This document shows, piece by piece, positions 1-10,408 of a stretch of 64,000 nucleotides of DNA; the first letter of the stretch is position 1, and each line of letters opens with the position of its first letter. The notes under the pieces were generated by a model. That model searched no databases. It was not told the origin of the DNA and worked only from the letters and a program-made list of their open reading frames with translations. The translations under genes and the position numbers were made by a program. The stretch comes from Acidilobaceae archaeon (GTDB lineage: Archaea; Thermoproteota; Thermoprotei_A; Sulfolobales; Acidilobaceae): assembly GCA_038824665.1 (NCBI GenBank), contig JAWBBK010000001.1, forward strand, positions 320,001 through 384,000, in the 5' to 3' direction.

Positions 1-672
1 ATAAAAAGCTCTTCCAACAACAACGCCACGAAAGCCTTCACGAGCTAATAACCTCACATCATTAATCGAGCTAATCCCTCCAGCATAGATTATTGAGCCT
101 CTATACTCTTGAGGGATCAAAACCAGAGTCTTTGCGTTAGGTCCTGAGAGCTTACCGTCTCTCTCCACGTCAGTTAACAAGAACAACCGAAAGCCGAGGT
201 TCGAGTAGAAGTTAAGACCTTCAGTGACACTAAGAGATAGAGACTCTTTCCAACCGCTTATTGCAAGCCTTCCAGATCTCACGTCGAGAGCCAAGACCGC
301 TCTGTCCCCTCCTGCAGATATCACTTCTTCTACTTTCATCATTCTCTTATGTACTCCTGTTCCTACAACAACTCTATCCGCTACGTCTAGAGCTTTCTTG
401 AAGTCTTCGAAAGACCTGATCCCTCCAGCTATTGTAACGAAAGCTCCACAGGACTTCAGCTCTTTAGCCAGCTTGAGCGCGTTCTCACTGATCTTTCCAG
501 TTTCGATAGTCGCTTCTAGGTCTACCAGATGTATTCTCTTAAGCCCTGAGTCCAATAACTTCAAGCCCATAGAGAGCGGGTCGTTAGAATAGACAATAAC
601 GTTCTCAGGTTTTCCTTCTATCATTCTCACCACCTTGTTTTTATATACGTCTAAAGCTACATGCACCTCCAT
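1..672 (-). CDS. hisA: ProFAR isomerase HisA (3' end runs off window)
   Basis: Not in ORF track; manual translation from ATG at 672 gives MEVHVALDVYKNKVVRMIEG, then IHLVDLEA, AGGIRS and LLTDVERDGKLSGPN motifs; start overlaps hisB stop (TGATG). Confidence 0.92.
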   Translation of the reverse strand, partial: MEVHVALDVYKNKVVRMIEGKPENVIVYSNDPLSMGLKLLDSGLKRIHLVDLEATIETGKISENALKLAKELKSCGAFVTIAGGIRSFEDFKKALDVADRVVVGTGVHKRMMKVEEVISAGGDRAVLALDVRSGRLAISGWKESLSLSVTEGLNFYSNLGFRLFLLTDVERDGKLSGPNAKTLVLIPQEYRGSIIYAGGISSINDVRLLAREGFRGVVVGRAFY

Positions 673-1253
673 CAGACTTCACCTTTAGTGCTCGGCACGA
701 CTTCGCTCACTATACGCGAAGCCGACTTAAGGCTTAGACCTAAAGCTTTGAATGAAGCCTCCGCTACGTGATGTACGTCTTTTCCTCTTAGTTTCGCAAC
801 GTGTAACGTAAATCTGCCCCAAAGAGCTATGCTTTTAAGCAAGTGTTCTATGAGTCCTCCATCAATCCCGTCTATCGAAGAGCCTCTGAGACCTAAACTT
901 ATCGAAACGTAAGGTCTTCTTACCAAATCTAAAGACGCTAAGACCAAAGCTTCATCCATAGGGACAATGGCATGAGCGAATCTAGCTATCCCTATTCTGT
1001 TTCCTAAAGCTTTATCTAGAGCTTCACCTAAGGCTATTCCCAGGTCTTCTATTACGTGATGTTGTATATCTCCTGACGCTTCTACTTTAAGACCTAAGCT
1101 TCCGTGATGAGCCATAGCTTCTAATAGATGAGTCAACATAGGGTAAGGAGAAACTATGTTGTATCCTGGCTCGTCTAGATTCAACTCGACCACGATGTTC
1201 ACCTCTCTGGTTTTTCTCAAGACTCTGGCTTTACGAGGCTCTGAGTACATCAT
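672..1253 (-). CDS. hisB: Imidazoleglycerol-phosphate dehydratase
   Basis: RKTRE, HHVIEDLGIALG, PMDEAL and HHVAEASFKALG motifs; his operon context. Confidence 0.96.
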   Translation of the reverse strand: MMYSEPRKARVLRKTREVNIVVELNLDEPGYNIVSPYPMLTHLLEAMAHHGSLGLKVEASGDIQHHVIEDLGIALGEALDKALGNRIGIARFAHAIVPMDEALVLASLDLVRRPYVSISLGLRGSSIDGIDGGLIEHLLKSIALWGRFTLHVAKLRGKDVHHVAEASFKALGLSLKSASRIVSEVVPSTKGEV

Positions 1254-2316
1254 AAAACACCTCCTTCACGAAACTCAGCAGACGTCTTGGAGGTACTGAG
1301 ACCCTCACGTAAGAATCGCCTTCTCTAAACAGGTTTTCGTAGACACGAACGCAGACGCCTCTTTTCCTTAGCTCTCGAGAGAGGGTTGAAGCTCGTATTT
1401 TTGTCTTAGCGAAGACGAAGTTGGTCTGTGTGTCGTAGACCTCGAGGTCGTTGAGTTCTCTGAGTTCTGACGCTAGAACGTGTCTTAGCTCTCTAGCTTC
1501 AGCAATATATTTCTCGAATTCGTGTATGTTCGAAAGAGCTAGTAGTCCAGCTCTCAAAGCTATAGAGTTTACCTGATAAGGAGTCCTCAGAACTCTCAAG
1601 AACTCAGCTATTTCTGAACGAGCTACAATATATCCTAGTCTCAGACCAGCTAGACCAAAAGCCTTAGAGAAAGTTCCAATAACTACAGTGTTTTCGTAGC
1701 TTCCAGCTAAGCTTTTAGCTCCTTCAGTAAACAGAAGATAGGTCTCATCGACTACGAACAGACCTCGCGAGGATTCGGCGACAGACTTCAAGATCTCAAG
1801 GTCTAGCAAATTGCCTGTTGGATTGTTCGGGTTACAGAAGAATACGATATCGGCTTTCGAGGACTTCTCGAGAGCGAGCTCTTTATCCACTCTAAAGTCG
1901 TTTTCGTTCATTTTGATGATATCGACTTCACATCCTTTAGCTTTGCTGAGCAGACTATACATGGGATAGCTAGGCTTGAGAGTCGCTACTAGAGGACGTG
2001 ACTCTTTAGAAAACAGTCTTACAGCATCTAGAAGCAGAGCTATAGCGTCGTCTGCTCCGTTCGTTATAACGACCATCTCAGGATCTACGGAGTATCTCTC
2101 AGCTATTTTTTCCATCAGCTCATTCTCAAGTTCAGGTAGAGGGTAAAGTCTGGCATCAGTTTCCATAGCGGCTTTAAAGACTATCTGGTCAACGAGGTCT
2201 CTAGGCACCAGTAGGTTTTCGTTTTTATCTAAAACTACGAGACAACCTTCTGTTTGAGCTTTATCGTATCTTAGTTCCTCTAAGAGCTGAGGGCTCAGCT
2301 TCTCTAAGATCTTCAG
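1231..2316 (-). CDS. hisC: Histidinol-phosphate aminotransferase (start extended to CTG at 2316)
   Basis: NPNNPTG, DETY and TFSKAFGLAGLRLG motifs; conserved LDKNEN lies upstream of the track start at 2208; frame open to a CTG overlapping the hisD stop. Confidence 0.92.
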   Translation of the reverse strand: MKILEKLSPQLLEELRYDKAQTEGCLVVLDKNENLLVPRDLVDQIVFKAAMETDARLYPLPELENELMEKIAERYSVDPEMVVITNGADDAIALLLDAVRLFSKESRPLVATLKPSYPMYSLLSKAKGCEVDIIKMNENDFRVDKELALEKSSKADIVFFCNPNNPTGNLLDLEILKSVAESSRGLFVVDETYLLFTEGAKSLAGSYENTVVIGTFSKAFGLAGLRLGYIVARSEIAEFLRVLRTPYQVNSIALRAGLLALSNIHEFEKYIAEARELRHVLASELRELNDLEVYDTQTNFVFAKTKIRASTLSRELRKRGVCVRVYENLFREGDSYVRVSVPPRRLLSFVKEVFYDVLRAS

Positions 2317-3602
2317 TTCAACTCACCTACTATAGAGGACAAATGTAACTCAAATCCCTCTTCTTTCGCTAAAGGCTCTACTGCTTGAGCTATTCTCTTC
2401 AAAGCCCCACCGTTATCTAGAACTTTCACGCGTCTTCTGAGAGCCAAGAAGTCAAGTGCTGAAAGTCCTCCTCTCCATCGAGCCCATCCTGAAGTAGGCA
2501 GTATGTGGTTAGCTCCAGAGTAATAATCATTGATAGCTGTTGAAACACAACCTTCCACAAGGACTCCGTAGTTTTCAAACGCGTCTGCGAGTTCTAAGGA
2601 GTCACTGCAGACCTCGAGATGTTCTGGAGCTATGAGGTTTATCAGCTCAAAGGCTAGCTCTTTGTTTTTAGCGATAGCTAATTTAGGAGTGCTCAGCTTC
2701 TTTCCACTTGATCTTCTTAAAAACTCTTTATATGCGTCAGCAACCTTCTGGGCTATCTCCGCATCTGTAGTTATAAGAGCTACAGCTGAAGACTCTCCAT
2801 GCTCAGCTTGTGCTAAGAGGTGAAGAGCGATCTCGCGTTCAACACCTTTTTTGTCAACATAGACTACCAGCTCTGTTGGTCCTGCCAGCAAGTCTATACC
2901 TACATCGCGAGAGACCAAGATCTTAGCGGCTGTGTAATAAGGTCCTCCAGGTCCAGCTATCTTGGATACCTTTTCTACGCTTTCAGTCCCATAAGCTAAA
3001 GCGGCTACTCCATAAGCTCCTCCTAAAGCGTAAAGTCCATCAAAACCCGCTACCGCTAGAGAAGCCAGCAGACTTTTCCTTATGGATGCAGGAGGAGCAA
3101 ACGCTACTAGCTTCTTGACTCCAGCAGCCCTAGCAGCTACACCACACATGATGGCAGTCGATATGTATGGAGCAACAGCTCCAGGCACATAGCAGGCAAC
3201 GCTGTCTATCGGCTTAAGCTCTTCTATCACTATTACAGAACTATCTACAGCTATAGTCCAACGAGATCTTGAAAGAGCGGAAAGCGGTTCTTCTACTGCT
3301 TTGGCGCGCTCAGCTAGACCTTCAAGAGCTTCTAGAAGTCGTTTGTTTTCAGATCTTAAGGACTCACGAGCTTTTTCAAGCTTCTCTTTGCTTATATAGA
3401 TGTTTTCTCTGTCTAGTTCTACTTTATCCAGCTTTTTAGCATAGTCTATCAGAGCTTTGTCTCCTCGTTTTTTCACGTCGTAGACTATAGGCTTGACTAT
3501 CTCTATATATTTATCTATGTTCAGCTCTGAGCGAAAGAGTTTGACAAAAGCTTCTACGTCCTCTTTAGACGAGACTCTAAGTAGCTCCACGGGAGCTTTC
3601 AC
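2313..3602 (-). CDS. hisD: Histidinol dehydrogenase
   Basis: YVPG, KIAGPG, AGPTE, QAEH, APEHL and GANHILPT motifs. Confidence 0.96.
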   Translation of the reverse strand: MKAPVELLRVSSKEDVEAFVKLFRSELNIDKYIEIVKPIVYDVKKRGDKALIDYAKKLDKVELDRENIYISKEKLEKARESLRSENKRLLEALEGLAERAKAVEEPLSALSRSRWTIAVDSSVIVIEELKPIDSVACYVPGAVAPYISTAIMCGVAARAAGVKKLVAFAPPASIRKSLLASLAVAGFDGLYALGGAYGVAALAYGTESVEKVSKIAGPGGPYYTAAKILVSRDVGIDLLAGPTELVVYVDKKGVEREIALHLLAQAEHGESSAVALITTDAEIAQKVADAYKEFLRRSSGKKLSTPKLAIAKNKELAFELINLIAPEHLEVCSDSLELADAFENYGVLVEGCVSTAINDYYSGANHILPTSGWARWRGGLSALDFLALRRRVKVLDNGGALKRIAQAVEPLAKEEGFELHLSSIVGELN

Positions 3603-4572
3603 CTAGTTCTTCTAGAGGGATCACGAGTTTAGGCTCATAGACTACAAGGCCTTGCGCTAAAGCTCTCAACAAAGGCATGAGCTTGATGAGGTCTTCCTTT
3701 CCTATCACAGTGTTTATTGCAACCCATTCCGGATCGGCTAGAGGGCTTATAGTTGGACTCTTTAAAGCAGGCAATGCTTTAAGCAACTTCTCTAAGTTAT
3801 CTTTCTTCACGTTCAGGAATACGTGATACTTCCCTTTAGCGTCTACAGCTCCCTTCATTATCGCTAAGAGGTCTAATATTCTCTCTCTTTTCTCTTTGTT
3901 TTTGAGACTCTCCTTATTAGCTATGAGCACAGCTTGAGACTCCATTACGACATCTATTATCTTTAAACCGTTGCTCTCTAGAGTAGTTCCTGTCTCAGAG
4001 ACGTCAATTATTGCGTCAGCTTCATCAGGAGGCTTAGCTTCAGTAGCGCCGAAAGATAAAATCACGCGAACCATATTGTTATCTCCCCATTTGCCCCAAG
4101 GGGTTACAATAAGAGGTCTCAAGGACCCATAGTATTTCTTATAGCTTTCTCTACTGGCTAGAAAGGTTGAAGAGACCACGAGATACTCTGACGATACTCT
4201 TAGAACTCTATTAGAACTTGCAAACTCTTCTATCAGTTCTTCAGCGTTCTCTATCTTCCACTCTTTAGGTATAGCTACGACCAGCTTAACTCTGCCTATA
4301 CCGAGTTCGAGGAGCTTCTCCACTTCGTTTTGAAGTCCGTGTTCGACGACCCAATCGATTCCAGTAATGCCTAAATCGTAAGATCCTTCGTAAACGTAAA
4401 GAGGTATCTCTTGAGGTCTTAAGATCTTAATGCAGATATCAGGATTACCTGCTAGAACCGGCTTATAGCTTCTCTCTCGACCTAGCAGTTGTAGCCCAGC
4501 TCTATCGAAGAACTCAAAGACAGACTTTTCAAGAGAGCCTTTCGGGATAGCAAGCTTAATACGACATGCAAT
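3577..4572 (-). CDS. hisG: ATP phosphoribosyltransferase, long form (start extended to ATT at 4572)
   Basis: KLAIPKGSL, LRPQEIP and YDLGITG lie upstream of the track start; GATE and DVSETGTTL motifs; C-terminal regulatory domain (LPALKSPTISPL). Confidence 0.93.
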   Translation of the reverse strand: MACRIKLAIPKGSLEKSVFEFFDRAGLQLLGRERSYKPVLAGNPDICIKILRPQEIPLYVYEGSYDLGITGIDWVVEHGLQNEVEKLLELGIGRVKLVVAIPKEWKIENAEELIEEFASSNRVLRVSSEYLVVSSTFLASRESYKKYYGSLRPLIVTPWGKWGDNNMVRVILSFGATEAKPPDEADAIIDVSETGTTLESNGLKIIDVVMESQAVLIANKESLKNKEKRERILDLLAIMKGAVDAKGKYHVFLNVKKDNLEKLLKALPALKSPTISPLADPEWVAINTVIGKEDLIKLMPLLRALAQGLVVYEPKLVIPLEELGESSRGAT

Positions 4573-4740
4573 AACTGATCACCTCCACACTTAGAGAGGA
4601 GAACGGCCCTCTAACGACCGAAGTCCTCTCAGAACTCTCGCTAGATTTTATTCCGAGAACTGGGTTGAGATCTGTCTTAGTGAATACACATCATCTCAAC
4701 CGACCCACTCTAAACCCTCTCGAAGCTTATATATCTTTCT
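4573..4740 (-). promoter_or_regulatory. his operon promoter (BRE/TATA) plus structured ~130-nt 5' leader with uORF MMCIH*
   Basis: AGAAAG then TATATAAG (TATA at 4733-4726); three hairpins; ATGATGTGTATTCACTAA at 4694-4677; SD GGAGGTGA before hisG. Confidence 0.6.
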
Positions 4741-4745
4741 CTTGA

Positions 4746-5393
4746 TTAGCTCTTAACGATACTCAAAACTTCTAATACCTTCAATAGCTCGTCGTACTTC
4801 ATCTGTCCTGGAGCGGTAGGCTCATCTACGTACGAGTATATTAGTTTAGAGCCTAGAAGACCGAAAGCTAGTCTTTCCCAGGGGCTAGACCCTATCGGCA
4901 TAACGGCTACGTTGTCATAACCTAAGTCTAAAACCTGAGAGAGCAGACTCTTATAACCTGGCGCAGTTACAACAGCTATCTTCACACAAAAAGCGGAGCT
5001 AGCATATCTCTCGACTGTGCTCAAAACCTCTCTTGCGGTTGGAACTCTGTCTAGATAATGAGCTGACACTATTTTCTCTTCATAAACTACGTTGTGAGAT
5101 TTGAGGAACGATACCTCTACATCGTACATGATCCCCAAGTCATGAAGTCTGTTGAGATATGCAGTCTTTACTTCTGGGCTTAGAGGGTTTACTCCTCCTT
5201 CAGCTACATCTCTTAAAGTCGCTATGATCGGTCTCTTTACAAGCGCTAGAACTTCTGGAGGAATGCTTTCTAGATCCTTCATATAGTCAAGTCTCAGCTC
5301 TACGTAGTCAGGTCCTTTAACGCTTTCTACCTTCACTACGTCTGCGTAAGATCTGACAGGCTTAGAAGCTACGACCAAAGGTCTTCTACTCAA
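4746..5393 (-). CDS. aroD: Type I 3-dehydroquinate dehydratase
   Basis: VELRLDY, IATLR..EGG, VSAH, VKIA and TAPGQ motifs. Confidence 0.93.
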   Translation of the reverse strand: MSRRPLVVASKPVRSYADVVKVESVKGPDYVELRLDYMKDLESIPPEVLALVKRPIIATLRDVAEGGVNPLSPEVKTAYLNRLHDLGIMYDVEVSFLKSHNVVYEEKIVSAHYLDRVPTAREVLSTVERYASSAFCVKIAVVTAPGYKSLLSQVLDLGYDNVAVMPIGSSPWERLAFGLLGSKLIYSYVDEPTAPGQMKYDELLKVLEVLSIVKS

Positions 5394-6639
5394 TTCTTAT
5401 CCTGCCTCCGACTTTAGTGAGGTCTTCCCAGAACGCAGGGTTGCTCTTGTTAACGCACTCAGCTTCTTCTATAACGCCTCCTACTTTTAGAGCTAAAACA
5501 GTAGCCATCATAGCTACTCTATGGTCTCCTAAACTATTGACTGAGACTTGAGATCTTAGCCTGTTTTTCGAACCACATATAGTGAGAGAGTTGTTTGAGT
5601 AAACTACGTCTATACCGAAAGAGCCGAGCGTATCTACAATAGCCTCTATTCTGTCGCTTTCTTTTATCCTCAATCTGGAGACGCCGCTAAGTTTGCTACA
5701 ACCTTCAGCTAGAGCCGTTAAGGGGGCTACAGCAAGAGGGAGGTCTGGGAAGTCTTCAAAATCAACCTCTATAGGCGAGTATGGTTCTCTCGCTTCTACG
5801 CGCCAGACGCCATCTATATATTCGCTAACTGCTCCTATTCTTCGATAGATTTCTACGATCGAGTGGTCTCCAGGATAGTCTCTCGGCTGAGGTAGGTCCG
5901 ATATGGTCAAGCTTCCTCCTGTAGCTAAAGCAGAGGCTGCATAGAACGAAGCTAAAGCATGATCTCCCCATACTCTTTCAACAACGGTTTTGGGTGCTGA
6001 TTCTCGGACCACTCGGATCTCGGTCTCATTTATTGACGTTGAACAACCGTAAAGCTTCAGGACCTCAGCTGTCATGTATATGTAACTCTTAGAGACTAAA
6101 GGTGGAACTATAGAGATCTTCCCTTCTCCTTGAAGACAAAAAGCCAACATGAAGCCAGATACGTACTGACTGCTTTCAGAGCCTCTTATTTCGATATAAG
6201 CATCAGGAAGCTTTCCTGAGATCTTCAGAGGGAGTCTAGAACTCGTCATTTGAACTCCTCTAACCTTAAGAGCTTCATATATGGCGTTTAGCGGTCTTCT
6301 TCTTAAAGTCTCATCTCCATCAAGTTCGAACTCTATTCCGAGAGTCGCAGCTAACGCTATTGCAAATCTCAAAACCGTAGCTGAACCTCCAGCGTTCAGA
6401 GAAGTTCTTTCAGGTCTTCTTTCTCGAGGTATAAGTCTGACTCTGTCTCCAGCTATCTCAACAACTGTTCCTAAGGCTTTAGCAGCTCTCAAGGCAGCCT
6501 GTACATCATCGGATAACGGAAGATCGTAGATCTCCGTAGGCGCTATAAGCGATGACATGATGAGCCTTATGGCATGACTTTTAGATCTAGGAGCTCTTAT
6601 CGAACCCTTTATTGTTGAAGGTTCTATAACCACTCTCAT
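5386..6639 (-). CDS. aroA: EPSP synthase
   Basis: SKSHAIR, SSQYVSG, RIKESDR and DHRVAM motifs. Confidence 0.96.
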   Translation of the reverse strand: MRVVIEPSTIKGSIRAPRSKSHAIRLIMSSLIAPTEIYDLPLSDDVQAALRAAKALGTVVEIAGDRVRLIPRERRPERTSLNAGGSATVLRFAIALAATLGIEFELDGDETLRRRPLNAIYEALKVRGVQMTSSRLPLKISGKLPDAYIEIRGSESSQYVSGFMLAFCLQGEGKISIVPPLVSKSYIYMTAEVLKLYGCSTSINETEIRVVRESAPKTVVERVWGDHALASFYAASALATGGSLTISDLPQPRDYPGDHSIVEIYRRIGAVSEYIDGVWRVEAREPYSPIEVDFEDFPDLPLAVAPLTALAEGCSKLSGVSRLRIKESDRIEAIVDTLGSFGIDVVYSNNSLTICGSKNRLRSQVSVNSLGDHRVAMMATVLALKVGGVIEEAECVNKSNPAFWEDLTKVGGRIRIE

Positions 6640-6643
6640 ATCT

Positions 6644-7432
6644 CTAAAGCCTCTGTACTTTAGCTGGACGAGAGACTATGATTTTACCTGTGTCTAGAGA
6701 GACGAAGTAATCGATCAGCGGACCTTCTTCTCCTTCTTTAGCTACTGCAAACATCGAAGGTCCGTTGCCTGAGATCCCAGCAGCTATTGCTCCTAGAGTC
6801 AGAACTCTTCTAATAGGCTCAACGTCGTAGCCTAGGAGTTTGGCTATAGTCATACCGTTAAGCAACATAGCTTTAAACACATCTCCTCTCAAGGCTATTG
6901 AGAACGCTTCTTCGAATAACCATGGATTGCTTCTGAGCGCGTTTACATCGATCGGCTTTCTGTTTCCTGAAGCCAACACGACCACAACTATGTCTTCAGG
7001 AGGCTCTCTTATAGTCAATACTTTCTTCTCTAAGTTGTTAGTAAACGAAATACCTCCGTGATATGCTGCAACAGCATCATCAAACGCTCCAGTTATGGAG
7101 ACTCCTGAGGCTCGTGAGAGTTCTGCTGAGAGAAGAGGCGAATACACGTTTTCTATCTTAAATCTCTTCTTAATGGCTTCTATCAACGCAACTGAGACAG
7201 CACTACTGCTTTTAAGCCCACCGCCAGAGGGTATAGGAGAGTTGACCAAGACTCCAACTTCTGGGATCCCATACGCTTTCATAAAATGTTCCACTATATA
7301 TCGTGTTAACGTAGAGTGTGAGCTTACGTCCTTAGGAACGAGGTCTACAGTTATTTTAACGTCTATAGCCATAGTCGATCCTAATCCAGAAGGGATAGCG
7401 TTGACTACAGAGACTCCCGCGAAGGCCCACAA
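6644..7432 (-). CDS. aroK: Archaeal (GHMP-family) shikimate kinase
   Basis: [20 protein letters not shown] and GISGNGPS motifs. Confidence 0.94.
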   Translation of the reverse strand: MWAFAGVSVVNAIPSGLGSTMAIDVKITVDLVPKDVSSHSTLTRYIVEHFMKAYGIPEVGVLVNSPIPSGGGLKSSSAVSVALIEAIKKRFKIENVYSPLLSAELSRASGVSITGAFDDAVAAYHGGISFTNNLEKKVLTIREPPEDIVVVVLASGNRKPIDVNALRSNPWLFEEAFSIALRGDVFKAMLLNGMTIAKLLGYDVEPIRRVLTLGAIAAGISGNGPSMFAVAKEGEEGPLIDYFVSLDTGKIIVSRPAKVQRL

Positions 7433-8580
7433 GCTTCTCTATACCTCTTCCAGTTCTCTTCTAATGTTTCGACCTCTTTCGCTGTAAGTCTCGTTGAGCT
7501 TATGACTCCAGCTCTAAGAGCATGATCTACTAGAACTAAAGCTACCATTGCTTCTGCTACCGCGACTCCTCTGATAGCTATTACAGGATCATGTCTTCCT
7601 CCTATTATTAGTTCTGTCTTCTCCATGGTCCTCAGGTCTACGGTCTTCAAAGGTCTTCCTATAGAGCTGGTGGGTTTGAAAGCACATCTGACTACTATAT
7701 CTTCTCCTGTCGTTAATCCTCCAAGTATGCCTCCGCTAAAGTTATACTTCCATCCAAGCTTTTTGTTATCTTTAAGCACTATCTCATCAACTACTTGACT
7801 TCCTCTCATCTTAGAGGCTTTGAAGCCGAGACCGTACTCAAAGCCTACGACTCCAGGTATTGACATCAACGCTTTAGCTAAGTCAGCTTTGATCTTGTCA
7901 AACACAGGCTCACCTAAGCCTGGCGGAGGGTTTTTGACGTATACTTCTACAACGCCTCCCAGACTGTCGCCATCTCTCATTACTTCTTCTATAGCTTTTA
8001 TGAAGAGCTCCTCTACATCACCTCTACAGGCTCTAACAGGACTTCTTCTCGAACAGAGAACTTCTTCAAAAGAAGGCTCAAAACTGACCTCGTAAGGACC
8101 TAGAGCTCTGAGATGTCCAGCTACGAAGGTCGAGATAGCGGCTAATAGCTTCTTAGCTATAGCTCCAGCAGCTACTCGAGCTACGGTCTCTCTACCGCTG
8201 GCTCTCCCGCCACCTCTGTAATCCCAGTTCTCCCAACCGTACTTCATAATGTAAGAAAGATCAGCGTGACCTGGTCTTGGCTTGAACTTAATTTCTTCAT
8301 ATGCTTTAGAATCGACATCAATGTTTGCGATTACTATAGCTATAGGAGCTCCTGTAGTTCTCCCATTGAACACTCCTGAGATTATCTGCGGTTTGTCTTC
8401 CTCTCGCCTAGGCGATGTATACAGGCTTCCAGGTCTTCTTAACGAAAGTTCGAACTCTATATCTTCTTCACTTATAGGAAGACCTGCTGGAACGCCATCT
8501 ATAACTACTCCTACCGCTCTTCCGTGACTTTCTCCAAAGGTCGTTATTTTAAACACTCTCCCGAAAGTATTTCCTGGCAT
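7405..8580 (-). CDS. aroC: Chorismate synthase
   Basis: MPGNTFG, GESHG, RPGHAD, RASGRET and GRHDP motifs; start trimmed to ATG at 8580. Confidence 0.97.
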   Translation of the reverse strand: MPGNTFGRVFKITTFGESHGRAVGVVIDGVPAGLPISEEDIEFELSLRRPGSLYTSPRREEDKPQIISGVFNGRTTGAPIAIVIANIDVDSKAYEEIKFKPRPGHADLSYIMKYGWENWDYRGGGRASGRETVARVAAGAIAKKLLAAISTFVAGHLRALGPYEVSFEPSFEEVLCSRRSPVRACRGDVEELFIKAIEEVMRDGDSLGGVVEVYVKNPPPGLGEPVFDKIKADLAKALMSIPGVVGFEYGLGFKASKMRGSQVVDEIVLKDNKKLGWKYNFSGGILGGLTTGEDIVVRCAFKPTSSIGRPLKTVDLRTMEKTELIIGGRHDPVIAIRGVAVAEAMVALVLVDHALRAGVISSTRLTAKEVETLEENWKRYREACGPSRESL

Positions 8581-9362
8581 AAGTATCTGTTCACCTCGCT
8601 CTCCAGATACGTGATGTCTTTGTTTTGCCATATGCTTTGAGCTAGAAGAGCTTGTCTAATGAGGACCTCTAGTCCTGTGATCACTTTAATTCCTTCTTTG
8701 AGAGCGTTCTCTATCAGCTTCGTTATCACAGGTCTATAGACTAGGTCTACTACCAGCGAACTGGCCTTACAACCATGTCTTAAAGCAAACTCCGGTTGTG
8801 GAGTTGCGTTGAGAATAACGTCATAGACACTTTTACATTCGTCTTCAGCTTCTACATCAACGGAACGACTTCTCATCTCGAAAGCTAACTCTTTCGCTCT
8901 GCTCTTCGTTCTGTTAAACACTTTTACAGAACAACCGAGTTCTGCTAAAGCCAAAATCGACGCTCTAGCGGCTCCTCCAGCTCCTACGACGAGACACTTC
9001 ATTCCATAGAGGTCGTTGAGAGAGGCTTTCACTAACTGTTTTAAAGCTTCGTAGTCAGTGTTGTATCCCACTCCTTCATATACAGTATTGACAGCTCCTG
9101 TTTTCTCAACAGCTGGACTCAGCTCTCTTAGATATGGGACCACTAGCTCCTTGTAAGGAGTGGTCACATTAAAGCCTTTAGCTAAAACGAGCAACCCTTT
9201 CACTACATCATCAAACTTATCTCTGGACACGTCAAAGACTAAGTACACAGCGTTGAACTCAGTTAGACGAAACACGAAGTTGTGTATATATGGAGATAGA
9301 GTGTAGCCTATACCGCTTCCCAAGATCCCGAAGAGCTTAGTCTCGGAGTTTACTCTAAACAA
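8544..9362 (-). CDS. aroE: Shikimate dehydrogenase
   Basis: LSPYIHN, NVTTPYK, AVNT, GYNTD and GAGGAAR motifs. Confidence 0.96.
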   Translation of the reverse strand: MFRVNSETKLFGILGSGIGYTLSPYIHNFVFRLTEFNAVYLVFDVSRDKFDDVVKGLLVLAKGFNVTTPYKELVVPYLRELSPAVEKTGAVNTVYEGVGYNTDYEALKQLVKASLNDLYGMKCLVVGAGGAARASILALAELGCSVKVFNRTKSRAKELAFEMRSRSVDVEAEDECKSVYDVILNATPQPEFALRHGCKASSLVVDLVYRPVITKLIENALKEGIKVITGLEVLIRQALLAQSIWQNKDITYLESEVNRYLCQEILSGECLK

Positions 9363-10408
9363 CTTCTGAGTTGCACCTCCAAAGCCTCTAGAGGGAGTTC
9401 TACTCGCTTCCAGCTCCCTAAACTTGTGGGAAGCGGTATGTCTATGAAGCCTCCTCGAGCCTTCTTGTCTTTCTTTAGCGCTGAGACTGCTTTCTCTATA
9501 TCTATAGAGACGTCTAGCTCGTCTATAGAGATAGGGAGTTTGTAGAGCTTGAGGAAGTCTATTAATCGATCTAGCACTTCAGCTCTGGACACTCCTAGCT
9601 TTTCAGATAGCTTAGCTTCACAAACCATACCGATAGCGACGGCTTGACCATGAGGTATTTTGAAATCGCTTCCAGCTTCTATAGCATGACCTATCGTATG
9701 ACCGAAGTTGAGCACTATTCTGATCCTCTTCTCTTCTCTTTCATCTTGAGAGACGATCTTCATCTTATTGAGCGCGGATCTATAGATCATCTCTTCCAAA
9801 ACATTAGGTTCTTTAGCGAACACAGAGCTATGATGATTCGACAAAAAGTCACAGAGTTCTCTGTCGAGAACAATACAATACTTAATAACTTCAGCCATTC
9901 CATGCGATATCTCTCGGTCTGTCAGAGTCTCTAAAAACATAACGTCGGATATCACAAGTCTAGGATGATAGAACGTGCCTATGATGTTCTTTGCTCCTGC
10001 GAAGTTAACGCCGTTTTTGCCTCCTAATGAGGCATCCACCATGGCTAAAAGAGTAGTAGGCACGTTCGCTAACTTGACTCCTCTTCTGTATATAGAGGCT
10101 ATGAAGCCTACTACATCTAGTAGAGTTCCTCCTCCAATAGCTACGATCCACTGAAAGCTTGGAGGAGCTCTAGACGCTATCTCTTCGAGAAAAGAAAGAA
10201 CGTTCGATAACTCCTTGATTTCTTCACCATCTTTAACTTTAAGAGTAAGAACTGGAGCTTCTAGCTTTTCTATAACGACCTTGGGGTTTATGGACTCGCT
10301 ATGAATAACTACAGCTTCTCCTTTTACGTTCTTAAGCTCTTCTAGAGCCTTTAGCCCTACAGCTATGCGCGTACTGTAATGACATAGATTGAACTCTAGA
10401 ACTTTCAA
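9350..10408 (-). CDS. aroB: 3-dehydroquinate synthase
   Basis: PTTLLAMVDASLGGKNG, LNFGHTIGHAIE and HGQAVAIGM motifs. Confidence 0.97.
   Translation of the reverse strand: MKVLEFNLCHYSTRIAVGLKALEELKNVKGEAVVIHSESINPKVVIEKLEAPVLTLKVKDGEEIKELSNVLSFLEEIASRAPPSFQWIVAIGGGTLLDVVGFIASIYRRGVKLANVPTTLLAMVDASLGGKNGVNFAGAKNIIGTFYHPRLVISDVMFLETLTDREISHGMAEVIKYCIVLDRELCDFLSNHHSSVFAKEPNVLEEMIYRSALNKMKIVSQDEREEKRIRIVLNFGHTIGHAIEAGSDFKIPHGQAVAIGMVCEAKLSEKLGVSRAEVLDRLIDFLKLYKLPISIDELDVSIDIEKAVSALKKDKKARGGFIDIPLPTSLGSWKRVELPLEALEVQLRSCLE

Noticed and set aside
4573-4710. T-box riboswitch reading of the his leader (CAC in a loop)
   Set aside because: No T-box consensus, AG bulge or correctly placed UGGN antiterminator bulge
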